DNA from: Stegostoma tigrinum | Lineage: Eukaryota | DNA length: 64,000 bases | Reading direction: 5' to 3' | Assembly (NCBI RefSeq): GCF_030684315.1 | Contig: NC_081354.1 | Span: 36,967,789-37,031,788, forward strand | Shown here: one piece after another, positions 39,501 to 50,797 of the stretch | How positions within the stretch are numbered: position 1 is the stretch's first letter | Layout: every line of letters starts with the position of its first letter | The notes under the pieces: model-generated | The model's input: only the letters and a program-made list of their open reading frames with translations | Databases searched by the model: none | What the model was told of the DNA's origin: nothing | Program-made: the position numbers and the translations under genes

Positions 39501-40851
39501 AGGTGACCTGCCGGGTCTAGGCCCGAAACGTCAGCTTTTGTGCTCCTGGGATGCTGCTTGGCCTGCTGTGTTCATCCAGCCTCACATTTTATTATCTTGG
39601 AATCTCCAGCATCTGCAGTTCCCATTATCTCAGCAAATGTATTGACTTGTTAATATCCTGATGGAGACATTAGATGCATGTTGAACAATTAAATATTCTT
39701 ATATGAGCTGATTTGTCCAAAAAAAATGAACCTAGCAGAGCTAGGTCACTTCTTCTCAAATGAAATAGAAAGTTAGAGAGTATGTGATCTACTAAGCATT
39801 AGCTCAGAAAGATCCTGACTAATGAAGTATGCAAATTAATAAATAAGGTTACTAGTTTGTTCAATTTGTTGATGAAAGCAGAATCCTCACATTGTAGTAA
39901 TTAATGTCAGAAACTCGTGTTAGGAGACATTCAGCAGAGGCTAAGTACTAACCCAAAAGAAAGAGAAAATCATGGAAAAAACTGTATGAGCTAAGGACTA
40001 TCTCTATTGTAACCCTTGTGAGCTTTAATATAACATACACAGAAATATGTGAAATCATTTCAGAGCATGCTTTTTGGTGTGACCTACAATGTTGTATGAG
40101 TACTACTGTCATTTTCTTTAGAACTCAAATGTTGAACCAAAGTGTTCTGCACTTGTCAATGCTCACAACAGGAAAAAAAACATTCTTATGGATTTATTCA
40201 AAGATGAGCTGGGACGTTTTCCCAGTGAAAAGATTAACATTTGCCCCTTAACCAACATCTTTGAAATAGCTCAGTTTTTCAAAAGAATGATCTCTACTGA
40301 AGCGATTATATTCTTTTCTATTTTGAAATGCGCAGTAATCTATAGTCACATTAGTTTATGCTTAGTCTTCAGTTGTGTTGCGATGAAAAACTAAATTACT
40401 TTAACAACAGGACTGACAGATACATTTAAAATGCATGTTCAGACATGGTGGAAAGAACTATCGGATAAATTAACAATCTTTGCATGATGTTGCCTGTGTC
40501 AAAATTATGTATAAAGAGACCATTTTAGTTTTGTTTTCAAGAAGAAGCTTACATAACATGATACACAACATCAGTGTTCATAAATAGTCATTCAAAATTC
40601 AACTTATACTGATTATATTGATGAGCTTTGACAAACTCTCATACAAGTATCCTCACAACCCAAGTCCAAAGATGCTGTGTCTAATTATCATAGAGAAGGC
40701 TGTCTCCCTGATTCTGTGGGCTAACAAAGCAGGAAGTATTTGCTCATCATAATGCCATAATTATAATGATAGTTAAAACCTTACCTGCTGAAAGAGCTGT
40801 GTAAAATAGAACTGCTGCAAGTACTCCCAACATATCTTTACTCTTCATCAT
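24371..40851 (-). CDS. JCHAIN: Immunoglobulin J chain gene, 4 coding exons: join(complement 40851-40785, 35229-35103, 33567-33487, 24599-24371), 504 nt, 167 aa
   Basis: Manual splicing gives an open frame with GT-AG introns in phases 1, 2, 2. It contains the J-chain hallmark I-V-P-L-x-x-R-E-N-I-S-D-P-T-S-P-x-R-T-x-F-V-Y (N-glycan site NIS), followed by CxxC and CY-x6-C, and has an N-terminal signal peptide. Confidence 0.97.
24735..26750 (+). mobile_element. Degenerate CR1 LINE ORF2 (JCHAIN intron 3)
   Basis: PLFKKTGRQNVGNYTPV...GKSCLINLLEFF; IAKFAYDAKVGG...LQMDVERLGEWAK. Confidence 0.88.
26750..27525 (-). mobile_element. L2 LINE fragment
   Basis: gtggtcaactttgtcaaagctgctgagaag (antisense LSAAFDKVDH); antisense GVAQRSILGPVLF. 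Confidence 0.7.
27525..28700 (-). mobile_element. CR1 LINE RT + 3' end
   Basis: GLGYEERLTTLCLYLIEF; antisense gtggagttccgcagtgg (SGVPQ) and tttccagaaggcctttgacaaggtg. Confidence 0.85.
29799..29961. mobile_element. Fold-back Penelope pLTR insertion, 16-bp TSD ctggtttatgagaata
   Basis: TSD at 29783-29798 and 29962-29977; inverted arms. Confidence 0.88.
30725..30922. mobile_element. Fold-back Penelope pLTR insertion, TSD agaatgaag(c/t)cat
   Basis: TSD at 30712-30724 and 30923-30935; arms meet at about 30830. Confidence 0.85.
30940..31262 (-). mobile_element. HE1 SINE, full length
   Basis: Antisense ggggcggcatggtggctcagtggttagcactgcagcctcacagcaccagggacccgggttcaattcc..., with A/B boxes and a (tctaa)n tail. 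Confidence 0.93.
31700..32200 (-). mobile_element. Degenerate Myb/SANT-like (trihelix) ORF, probable PIF/Harbinger transposon remnant
   Basis: Frameshifted SKFAS...LRMKWEQI...GTWVQYHKRFNDL, resembling the PRFS..W..I..RT..QC.KRFNDL pattern of Harbinger DNA-binding proteins. Adjacent 20-bp tandem repeat at 32131-32200. Confidence 0.6.
32560..33250 (-). mobile_element. Possible highly decayed Ty3/Gypsy gag remnant
   Basis: Scattered frameshifted motifs (KLTILKIVEM, QCGR..H, KCKN) in the order of a fish Gypsy gag and zinc knuckle. Many stops. Confidence 0.3.
33487..33567 (-). CDS. JCHAIN: JCHAIN coding exon 3 (VPLRSRENISDPTSPIRTKFVYKISDF)
   Basis: 81 nt, acceptor ttctttcatttcag, donor gtatga, phases 2 to 2. 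Very close to human VPLNNRENISDPTSPLRTRFVYHLSDL. Confidence 0.98.
33937..34152. mobile_element. Fold-back Penelope pLTR insertion, 14-bp TSD catcatgcaattga (JCHAIN intron 2)
   Basis: Palindrome centred at 34066. TSD at 33923-33936 and 34153-34166. Intact CTGATGA...GAAACGTC at 34065-34092. Confidence 0.93.
34455..34775 (-). mobile_element. HE1 SINE (diverged)
   Basis: tttggactgtgggaggaatctggagca...aaactccacacagatagt. Confidence 0.85.
35103..35229 (-). CDS. JCHAIN: JCHAIN coding exon 2 (AKSERHLLVSSRCKLLEVSSKMIVTELPNGEKVEQLARDIKII)
   Basis: 127 nt, acceptor ctctgtcattacag, donor gtaagt, phases 1 to 2. Aligns to human ERIVLVDNKCKCARITSRII...VERNIRII. Confidence 0.93.
36563..36885 (+). mobile_element. 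HE1 SINE, full length
   Basis: ggggcagcacagtggctcagtggctagcactgctgcctca...ctgggttcgattt...ctgtgtggagtttgtacattctcccc. Confidence 0.92.
38480..39160 (-). mobile_element. CR1 3' fragment
   Basis: VRTHLDHNLLFGS...ILALEAIQQ. Confidence 0.7.
39513..39630 (+). mobile_element. Penelope pLTR 3' fragment (single arm)
   Basis: gggtctaggcccgaaacgtcagcttttgtgctcc...gcatctgcagttcccattatc. Confidence 0.85.
40785..40851 (-). CDS. JCHAIN: JCHAIN coding exon 1 (signal peptide MMKSKDMLGVLAAVLFYTALSA + 1 nt)
   Basis: ATG at 40851, plus a second in-frame ATG at 40848 with better -3 context. Hydrophobic leader with GVLA as in the mammalian J-chain leader. Phase-1 donor G|GTAAGG at 40784-40779. Confidence 0.92.
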
Positions 40852-41000
40852 GGGACTATCTACTGCAATGATCTTCCTTTACTGTGGCAGCTGGTTAATT
40901 GGCCTCAACAGTAGCTCAAGCAAAATGAAACAGCATACTGTTTTGCCTGTCGTATGAGTTTGTTTCTTTTAATAACTCCAAGCTAGTTTCTGTTCCATTT
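40852..41000 (-). promoter_or_regulatory. JCHAIN 5'UTR/proximal promoter with EICE (GGAACAGAAA, 40996-40987), MEF2-like A/T box (GGAGTTATTAAAAGAAA, 40979-40963) and E-box CAGCTG (40888-40893)
   Basis: Motifs read directly 40-145 bp upstream of the ATG. GGAANNGAAA is the exact PU.1/Spi-B-IRF4/8 composite consensus. Function is inferred. Confidence 0.6.
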
Positions 41001-41439
41001 TAAGAAGTACCTTCATTATAGAAACAAGATGCCAGCTATCCTGTTTTTGAATGTGGACATTATAAAAACAAAATCTACCATCGTCCTGCAAGTCTATTTT
41101 GTACCTTCACTCCCCATTTCTACTTTATAATACGGAGACTAGAAATGTGTACAGTATTCATTTAGGTGAGACCTAAACCAACTTAATATAACTACCCTGC
41201 TTCTCAATTCTAACCATCAAAGTATGAACTAATCAGAAAGATAAACTTGGTTTTGAAGAGGTTACTAACGTGGTTGATAAAGAAACTCCATTGACTCCTA
41301 CAAGGTATTCATTGAGAATCTACATAAAGGACTACAGGCAAACATGAAAGTATGTGAAACTGGAGGCAACCTGTTAATAGGGGATTAGTTTGAAACTGTG
41401 AGGTAGAGACTGGAGAATGGGAAAACTGCCAATAGGCTA

Positions 41440-41760
41440 TCAGCAGTGGAGCAATGGAGAACACTCTTGCCTCTGTGATGAGAAGTTCCTTGGTTCAAGA
41501 GTCATTTTAAAGACTTGAGCAGGTAATCCAATTACTGTTTCAGTGCAGAGCCAGTGAGGTGTTCTGCTGTGCTGTCGGAGCTTCAATCCTTCAGAAAGAT
41601 GTTAAACTGAGCTCCTATCTGCCTTTCTTGTGCATATAAAATCACTCTGTGTTTCCTACGTTGTTCCAGTGACTACAGTTCCAAAAGTGCTTAACTGGCT
41701 ACAACATGCTTTGGACTGTTCAGGAGTCATTAAAGGTGTTGTATTAATGAAAGCCTTTTC
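41440..41760 (+). mobile_element. Old tRNA-derived SINE (Deu-domain/SacSINE-like; related copy at about 43835-44150)
   Basis: acactcttgcctctg...ggttcaag...agacttgagc...cagtgcag...gatgttaaactgag...tatctgcc. Family assignment is from recall. Confidence 0.5.
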
Positions 41761-42911
41761 CTTCTTGCTTTCTTCAGAATGTGATCAGTGCAGCCTCAAG
41801 CAATTTGTACTGAGTCTTAATTTTTCAATTACTGCAGTGAAAGTGGTCCTTGCTAAACAAATTGAGGATGAATGAGGGCCTCTGTACAGCAACTCCCACC
41901 ATGGGGCAATATATAGAAGCCCGTTATGTACTTGTGAAGAGACTCAAACAGTGCTGCACTTTACCAACAAGTGTCCCTATCCCCGATTTAAATGGGGACT
42001 AATCACCTAAGCTCTGCAAATGAGGTGTTGATTATTTCCCTCTGGGGATTTGTAATTTACTAAATAAATAAGTAATAAATGGTGATACATGCTGTCAATT
42101 GCTGTGCTCCTGCATTCTTTCCACAAAGGTTTGCCACGTTTCTCTTCTATGTACCTGTTATCTGTTGTTAGCTATTCTCTTCTATTTGCCAATGATTTCA
42201 CCTTATGGTATATAACTTCAATTATGTATTATCTTTCCAGCTCCACCATTTTATCAGGCATCTCGTTGTACTATTTCGCTTTAGAATGCCTATTTATGTT
42301 CTTTATTTCCTTTTCAATTTCATCATACTCAGTGAATTGTACATTGATCCAAATTGAGGGAGTCCTCCAGATAATTTTTGAGAATTAAGGACCAAATATT
42401 ATGTTATTAAAGGTAAATAATGCTTTGAAACTGATGAGCACAGGTAAAAAAAAAACTCCAGGCTGAATGGATGAAATAAGAACAGAAGGTCTAAAAGCAC
42501 TTTGAGAACAAAGAATTAGAAATGAGAACAGAAATTTATGATTAAATATATACCAAAAGATTTATTTCAGGTGACCTCGACCATTTGTTAATTATTTAAG
42601 AAGCCTAAATCATTGGAGTTTAGAACCTAAAACTTCATCAGCCATCTCATTGAAGTGAGCTTGAAAAAGATAATAGAGAGAAATATGAATAATAATAAGG
42701 CATTTGCTGCAGAAAATAGTAAAACACAGCTTGGAATTAGACCTAGAGTAAAAGTAAAGAGAGTATTTATTCTCAGAACGATCTTCAACAACTATCCAGA
42801 AGTATGCAAGAGCATTTACATATGCTCCATTGGTCATGAAAAAGCATTTTATCTTGTTTATCATTAAAAGTTATAAGACATGTTGCTGAAATGTGACATT
42901 GACAGGGAAGA

Positions 42912-43078
42912 GATAACAAAGTGTGAAGCTGGATGAATACAGCTGGCCCATCAGATGAAGGGTCTAGGCCCGAAATGTCAGCTTTTGTGCTCCTGAGATG
43001 CTGCTGGGCCTGCTGTGTTCATCCAGCTTCACACTTTGTTATATCGAATTCTCCAGCATCTGCAGTTCCCATTATCAC
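42912..43078. mobile_element. Fold-back Penelope pLTR insertion, 13-bp TSD ttgacagggaaga
   Basis: TSD at 42899-42911 and 43079-43091. The left arm is internally deleted; junction catcagatgaaggg. Confidence 0.9.
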
Positions 43079-43349
43079 TTGACAGGGAAGATATGTGTTT
43101 TATCCAGAGCCTATGTTGAGACAAAAAGCAGCATCAGACTAGAAGAGGAAATACCAGATATGTCTTAAGTGAAAAATTTATAGTTCTTGTGGTACAATTC
43201 ATGAAAAGCAGAGAGTTTTCCAGCCTAACATTATCTCTTCAGCAATTCAGTTGTTAGCTGCACTCACCTCTTACCTTCAGGGTCCTAGGTTGGAATATAT
43301 AAAATGTTGGATAGGCCACAACTACAGTATTGAATGAAGTTCTGAAATC

Positions 43350-43835
43350 CACATTATAACAGGAATGTGATTGTACTGGAGAAGGTGCAGAGGAGATTTA
43401 CCTGGGCTGGAGACCTTTGTTTATGAAAGTTGGACATACTGAGGATGTTTTCCTTGGAGCAGAGGAAACTGAGGGAGAAATGATTGAGATGTATAAAATT
43501 ATGAAGGGCATAGACAGGAAGAATCTTTTACCCCTGGTGGAGAGTCAATGATCAAGGACTGTAGATTTAATGTAAGAGGCTGAAGGTTTAAAAGGGGTTT
43601 AAAGGAAAAAGAATTCACAGAGGGTGATAGAAATCTGGAACTTACAACCTCACTGAAGCAGAAACTCTCATAACTTTTAGGAAGTGTCTAGATATAAACT
43701 TGTGATGCCAACACATACAAGGCCAAGGGCCAAATGCTGGAAAATGGGAGAAGAATAATTAGGTGGTTGTTTTTGATCACTGCAGACTTGATGGGCCAAG
43801 TGGCCTTTTTCTGCCTGTGGACCTCTTTGACTCTA
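43350..43835 (+). mobile_element. CR1 3' end fragment
   Basis: ctggagaaggtgcagaggagattta...gagatgtataaaattatgaagggcatagacagg. Confidence 0.75.
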
Positions 43836-44229
43836 GGCTCAAGTCCTGCTTTGGGCCTCAACATGAAAATTCAGGGTGATTGCCCAGTACAACACTGAAA
43901 GTCCATTAAAATGCTGACTTTTGAATGAAACTTTAAATTGAGATCCCACCTGGAGCTTGCCTGAATGTCAAGTGTTGTACTTTTGTACACTGATACTTTT
44001 CAGAGTTTGCTGCATTCAATTTAGCCGGTTAATTTCCTGCATTACAAAAATGACTGCAAAAGACTTCAAAACATATTTCATTCTCTGTAAAGTGTTTGAA
44101 AATGTCCAGTGGTCATGAAAAGTGCTGTATAAGTGCAATTCCTTCCTTTTTAATAGTCTGCTATTATCTGCCTGGGCATGATGACTTATGGGTAAACATA
44201 TGTATGAAGAGCTTAGTGATTTCCAAACA

Positions 44230-44792
44230 TTTTTCCTTCTCTCTTCTTTCTTCTCGGCCTCAGACTCTTGACCTCAGTGTGGACCCGGCCAGGAATCCTC
44301 CTGGCCTGGCATGGCTGTTTCCCAGCCTGATGTGGCAGTCTCCTGGCTTGGCATGGCATTGCTTTGGCTTGGTGTGGTGGTATTTCAGTGGCACATGGCA
44401 GTCTTTCAGCCCAGTGTGGCCTCAGTGTGGGCTTCTGGCCTCAAGGTAATTCCACAGTGGCCTCTCAGTCTCAGGAGTCTCAAGGTGAAGCCTGGTGCAG
44501 TCTGAAATCAAGGCTGGGGGAAGGGTTACTAGAGACTAGGTGCCAGCATGGGCTGGGTTGGATGAATTGTTATTCCAAAATTTTTATTTCTTTATTTTCT
44601 AATTTGTTCCTATGATCTGCAATGCTGGACTTTTTACTTCTTTATTTTTCTAATTTGTCTCCTAAGAAGCTGTACTAAAGATTCTGTATGTAGGTGCCTT
44701 GTACCTAAGATGGCACCATAAGTGGCGACTTGTAAATTTTTCATTGTACTGATTTGAATACATGTGACAATAAAGCTAATTCAATTCAATTA
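44230..44792 (+). repeat. Interspersed repeat with (aattc)n tail; antisense relative at about 38075-38410
   Basis: GC-rich ggcctggcatggc repeats; ends tgtgacaataaagctaattcaattcaatt. The antisense copy has tttattgtcac and taagtcaccac. Confidence 0.55.
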
Positions 44793-45169
44793 TTGTATTT
44801 GTGGTATTTTTGCTATTGAATTCATGCCAGCAAGTCAATGAATAAGGAAGAAGACAGGAGGAAATTAATATGGCATTAAATTTGTATTTATAGGAGCTCA
44901 TTTCACTTCTGTTTCAATCTCTGCCTCCTACTTCCCTAATGCTCTAGAGATAAATTGTTCAGGCAGCAACTTGAAAGGAATAAAATAAGCGTCATCTGTG
45001 CCCTCCTTCAGTTCTGGTTATTTATGACCAATCTTACATGAGAAGCAGGAAAATGATCAATGTGAAGTTAGATGGCAGTTACCTTCTAACAAATCCATTT
45101 TATTTGGCAGTGAACGTAAGCATAGCCAAGAGATATTATCAATAGACTATCAACCCACAGGCCAAACTC

Positions 45170-47110
45170 ACGTTCTGGACACTTGGTGGAATCCCACTAT
45201 GTCGGATCATGGACTTTGAATTCAGTATAATATTAAATTAATGGTTTCATTAGACTTTATCAATAGTTATAAAAAACTATCTCGTTCACCAATGCCCCTC
45301 AAGGGAAGGAAATCTGGTCTCTATGTGACTCCAGACTCACAGCAATGTGTTTGACTCTTAATTGCCCTTTGAAGTGGCCTAACAAGCCACTCAGTTTGGC
45401 TCACACACAACTAATGTGCCAGAAACAACAACAGTAAACACAACCCAGTCAACCCTGAAAAATGCTCATTGCTACCATCTGGGGTCTAGTGCCAAAACTG
45501 GGAGAACTGTCTCACAGACTAGTCAAGCAACAGCCTGATGTATTTATACTTATGGAATCGGATCTTACAGGCAATAGCTTAGACATCACCATCACCATCC
45601 CTGAATATATCCTGTCCCATTGGCAGACCAGACCCAGCAAAAGTGGTGGCACAGTGGTATAGACTTGGGAGGGAGAGTCCTTACCCTGAGAGTCCTTAGA
45701 ATTGACTCCAGATCCCATGAAGTCTCATGGCATCAGATCAGTTGCTAATTTTCAAGCAGAGATTGATAAATTTTTGTTAAGCAAAGGTATAGATATGGGC
45801 TAAAAGCAGGTATTTGGAGATAGGCTGCAGATCAGCCATGATCTCTTTGAATGGCAGCGTAGGATCAAGGGGCTGAATAGCTTACTCATGTTCCTACTCT
45901 TCTATCAAGTCAGATAGGGCAAGGAAACTTCCTGCCGGCTAGTAGATAAGTCCCTCCTCACAGCTAATGAATCAGGGCTCCTCTGTATTCCTGAAGTTCT
46001 TGGAGTAAGCATGGAGGATAGCAAAGATGCAAAATCCGCTCTGGATGGGAGATTTCAATATCCATCACCAGGAGTGGCTCGGCAGCAGCACTACTAACAA
46101 AGCTAGTTGAGTCTTAAGAGACATAGCTGCTGGACTGGGTGGTGGCAGGTAGTGAGGGAACCAACAAGAGAGAGAAACATATTTGACCTCATCCTCACCA
46201 ATCTACCTGATGCATCTTTTCAAGGCTGTATTGGTAAGAGTGACATAGGCCTTGACACCCAGTTTGAGTTCCACAACGGCCACTCATCCCTTGACCTCAT
46301 TACAGCCTGAGTTCAAATGAAAAGAAAAGAACTGAATTCCAGATGTGATATAAAAGTGACAGCCCTTGACATCAAGGCCACATTTAACTGCCTGTGACAT
46401 CAAGGAGCCCTAGCAAAACTAGAATCAATTGGAATCAGTGGAAAACTCACTGCTGGTTGGAGTCATACCTGGCACATGGAAAGATAGTTGTGGAGATCAG
46501 TCATCTCACCTCTAGGACATCTCTGCAGGACTTCCGCAAGGTAGTGTCCTATGCCCAATCAACCATCTTCAGCTGCTTCATCAATGACCTTACCCCCCAC
46601 ACCCTACCATTACAAAGTCAGAAGCAAGGCTGTTTGCTGATAAATACACAATCTTCAGGATGTTCACAACTTCAGATACTGAAGCAATTCATATGTAAAT
46701 TCAACAAAAATCTGAACAATATCCAAGCTTGGGTTGAAGATTAATAATCAAGCAAATGCCAGGCAATGACCATCTCTAATAAGAAACAATCTAATCATTG
46801 TTTCTTGACATTCAGTGTCATTACCATGACTGGATCCCCTACATCTTGTCAAAGAACTCAAGACTGGTTCAACCGTGGTTTGAATCTCACCGTAGCAGAT
46901 GGTTAAATTCGAATTCAATAAAAATTTGGAATAAAGAGTCTAATAATGATCATGAAACAATTGTCGACTTTTGTAGAAAATTTCTGTCAACAGATTTGCA
47001 ATTTTTACCCCTATCTCCCTCAGCAATCTAGGAAGTACCCCATCCGGGCTGACAATTTCTCTACCTAGAGTGCTGCCAGCCATTTGAGCGCCTCATCTTT
47101 ATCAATCGCT
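45170..47110 (+). mobile_element. Decayed copy of the tRNA-headed LINE
   Basis: SINE-like head followed by ATIWGLVPKLGELSHRLVKQQPDVFILMES (APE) and RT pieces. Confidence 0.8.
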
Positions 47111-47129
47111 ATACTGCCTAGGTGCTCAA

Positions 47130-50050
47130 ACATAGAAACACAGAAGATAGGAGCAGGAGGAGGTCACTTGGCCCTTCAAGTCTGCTCTGCCATTCTTCAC
47201 GATCATGGTTGATTGTCCAACTCAGTAGCCTAATCATGCTTTCTCTCCATATCCTTCGATCCCATTTTCCCCCAAGTGTTATATCTAGTTGCTTCTTGAA
47301 TACATTCAATGTTTGGCCATCAACTACTTTCTGTGGTAATGAATTCCACAGGCACACCACTCTCTGGGTGAAGAAATGTCTCCTCATCTCCGTCCTAAAT
47401 CGTCTACCCTGAATTCTTATACTGTGACACCTGGTTCTGGATACCATTGGGAACATCTTCCCTGCATCTGCACTGTCCAGTCTAGTTAGAATTTTATAAG
47501 TCTCTATGAGAACACCCTCTCATTTGTCTGAGCTCCAGCAAAGACAATCCCAACCTAGTCAATCTCTCCTCAAACATCTGACCTGCCATCCCCGGAATCA
47601 GCCTAGTAAGCCTTTGCTGCACTCCGTTGAGAGCAAGAGCATCCTTCCTCAGAAAAGAAGTCCAAAATTGCACACAGTATTCCAGGTGTGGTCTCACCAA
47701 GGCCCTTTAAAAATACAACAACACATTCCTGCTTCTGTACTCAAAACCTCTCGCAGGGAAGGCCATTTGCCTTCTTTATCACCTGCTGTACCTGCATGCT
47801 TACCTTCAGTGACTGGTGCACAAGGATGCCTAGGTCCCGCTGCACACTCCCCTCTCACAAGTCATAGCCATTCAGTTGGTAATCTATCTCCTTGTTTTTG
47901 CTTCCAAAGTGAATAACCTCCCATTTATCCAAATTATATGACATCTGCCATTGATTTGCCCACTTGCCCAACCTGTCGCGTTCATGCTGAATGATCTCTG
48001 CATCCTCATCACAGTTCACCCTCCCACCCTACTTGGTATCATTTGCAAACTTGGAGATGTTACATTTTGTTCCCTCATCCAAATCATTAATATATACTGT
48101 GAATAGCTAGGGTGCCAGTGTCGATCCTTGTGGCACCCCACTAGTCACTGCCTGTCAATTTGTAAAGGACCCGTTAATTCCTACTCTGCCAACCAGTTTC
48201 CTATCCATCTTAATACACTTTCCCCATTCCATGCGCTTTAATCTTTCACATTAATCTCTTATGTGGGACTTTGTCAAACACTTTCTGAAAGTCTAAATAC
48301 ACTACATCAACCATTTCTCCCTTGTCAACTCAACTAGTTATATCTTCATAGAATTCCAACAGATTTGTCAAGCATGATTTCCCCTTCGTAAATCCATGCT
48401 GACTCTATCTGATCCTGCCACTGCTTTCTAAATGTTCTGCTGTAAAATCCTTGACAATGGATTTGAGAATTATCCCCCCAACTGATATTGGACTCATTGG
48501 TCTATAACTCTCTGTTTTCTCTCTACCTCCCTCTTTCACTATTGGAGTGACATTAACCATCCTCCAACCTGCAGGGACTGTTGCAGAGTCTATAGAATCA
48601 TGGAAGATAACCATCAATGTATCCACTTTGGCCATTACCATTTCCTAATTTGGTAATGACAGAAGAAAAGTACTCATTTAGTACCTCTGCCATACCCTTT
48701 GCTTAGTGAGCAGCTTACCCTGCTTATTCCTTATGGGCCCACTCTAACCTTCACTGGTCTTTTACTATTAATATGTTTGAAGAGCATTTTATTGTTTGTT
48801 TTATTTAGCCTGCCATCCTTTCCTTATTCCTGCCTTAACTTCTCTGCTGCATAGAATTATAGGATCCCTACAGTGCAGAAAGAGGCCATTCAGCCCACAG
48901 ATTCTGCACTAAATCTCTGAAGACCATCCCACCCGGTCTATTTTTCCCGGTCTACCCTAGGGTAATTGAAAGCACCAACTATCACAGTCCTACTGACCTG
49001 CAGCTTTCTAAAATCTGCCTACAAATGCTCTCTTCTGCTTCCTCCCCAGGATTTGGAAGTTTATAATAAACACCTGACAAGGTCACTGCTCCCTTCCTGT
49101 TTCTCACCTCCAGCCATATAGATTTCAATTCAGGAACTGTATCTCGTTCAAGGGTAACGATGCTATCTTTATCCAAACTGCTACAGCTCCTCCCCTTTTA
49201 CCCTCACTCTTTCTACTACAAACTGTATAACCCAGGTTGTTTAGCATCCAATCCTGTTCTGGCTTGAGCCACATTTCTGTCGATGCTACAATGTCATGTA
49301 TCTCTGCAGCAATTTCTGCTTCCAGATCCCCAGTTCTTTTCATTATACTCTATACATTTACCTTAAATTTATCCCTATACTTTTCTCTTTATTGCACATT
49401 GTAAGGTGATCATTTCTTTGTGCACTATCAACACTTAAACTTTTCATTCCTTGACTTTCCCTGTTTATCATCTTCTCTCTTTGGTACTTCTGAAACCAGG
49501 CCCATTAGTCAACACACAACCCCTACCTCTCTCAATCAATAGATTAGTTCTATTTCTGCTCATATAAAGCTGTTTCTCTGGCCAGCTTCCTCTTTTCCCA
49601 AAGTAAGCCCAATGCCCCAAAATCCAAACCTTTCCCTTCTATATCATTCTCCAAGCCACACATTCAATTCCCTGATCTACATTTGCTTATGTGGTGAAGC
49701 ATGTGGCCTAGGTAGTATTTCTGAGATTGTTACCCTGGTGGTCCTGCATTTTAACCTACTCCCAAGCTCCTGAAAATGATCCAACAAGTCCTCCAAGCTG
49801 TCCCTCACAGTATTATTTCCTACATGAACCACAAGCACTGGCTGTTCACCCTCCATTTCTAGAAGTTTATCCAGTTGTTCCATTATGTCCTCAACCCTTG
49901 CAGTAGAGAGGCAAAACCATATGGGACTTACAATCGCGGCTGCAAACCAGCCTGTCTGTCCCTCGAATTATTGAGTCACCTGCAATTACTACCTTATCTA
50001 CCTTATTTGCCGCCAGCCTCTTTCTTTTCCCAGAGCAGCCTCAGGCATTA
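47130..50050 (-). mobile_element. CR1 LINE with ORF1 SGNH esterase, APE and RT (internally deleted)
   Basis: GEQPVLVVHVGNN...FQELGSRLKCRTTRVTISEILPRP (esterase); HDIVASTEMWLK, SIWLEVRNRKGAVTLSGVYYKLP (APE); VRPHLEYCVQFW. Confidence 0.9.
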
Positions 50051-50339
50051 TAGTACCATCATTTTTCCGCAAGTCATCCACCATCGACAAAGTTGTGTTG
50101 CTCACTAAATAGGCAACTAAGATTTCATGGTAGGAATCGCAAAACTGAATTTACAATCAGGTCAGCCATGATCATATTAAATGGCAGAGTAAGTTTGAGT
50201 GGCCAAATGATCTACAGCTGCTCCTAAATTGCATTTTCGTATGGTCACAGACCAAGACAGATAAGGGTAGCACATCTGAGGGAGAATGCTTACCTCGAAC
50301 TACTCTTTCTCAAGTGCACAAATAAATTTGCCTTGACGG

Positions 50340-50475
50340 ATGTAAAAAGGAAATGGTATTCCCCGACTGGTACTGAAAGCATCGCAGCACAGCTGTCTGG
50401 ACAGCTGTAAGATTCATTAACATGGGCTTAGAAAGGTGTTGCAAATCACTCACTGTGGTCAACCACATTTCCAGT
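50340..50475. promoter_or_regulatory. Candidate B-cell enhancer motif cluster (ETS, 2x E-box, 2x RUNX)
   Basis: AAAAAGGAAATG 50344-50355, CAGCTG 50390-50395 and 50402-50407, TGTGGT 50454-50459, AACCACA 50461-50467, all in apparently unique DNA. Confidence 0.3.
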
Positions 50476-50797
50476 TGGTTTGACTTGTCAAACTATTGGG
50501 AACAGATGTGCAAGACTGAGACAGTTGGGTTTGCCAAATTCAATCCATCCATGCAATCATCTCACTATTAAGGTATTTCTTGTGTGCACACCTTACAAGG
50601 TCTTTCACACGCATTTCCTTTCTCCCCCGAGATATACTCCTTTAGCATTTACCCACTCACCAAAGAATATTGTGGATATGACGAAACATGATGAGGGAAC
50701 GCCATGTGACATCTTGGAGTATGCAAAATGTTTTGGTAAAGAACTCCTGAGCTCAGCATTGAAGTACTGTGACTAACAGGAGATATTGCAACACACT

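Noticed and set aside
39829-39836. Octamer ATGCAAAT in JCHAIN intron 1 (another at 59830-59837)
   Set aside because: Several octamers also occur inside CR1 debris; an isolated 8-mer is expected by chance in 64 kb of AT-rich DNA.
50294-50405. Exon-like segment (acceptor cttacag, donor gtaagc) with 'LCCDAF...GKFICA' in one frame
   Set aside because: That frame hits a stop before the donor and lacks the full CC-chemokine Cys spacing; the other frames are unrecognisable.
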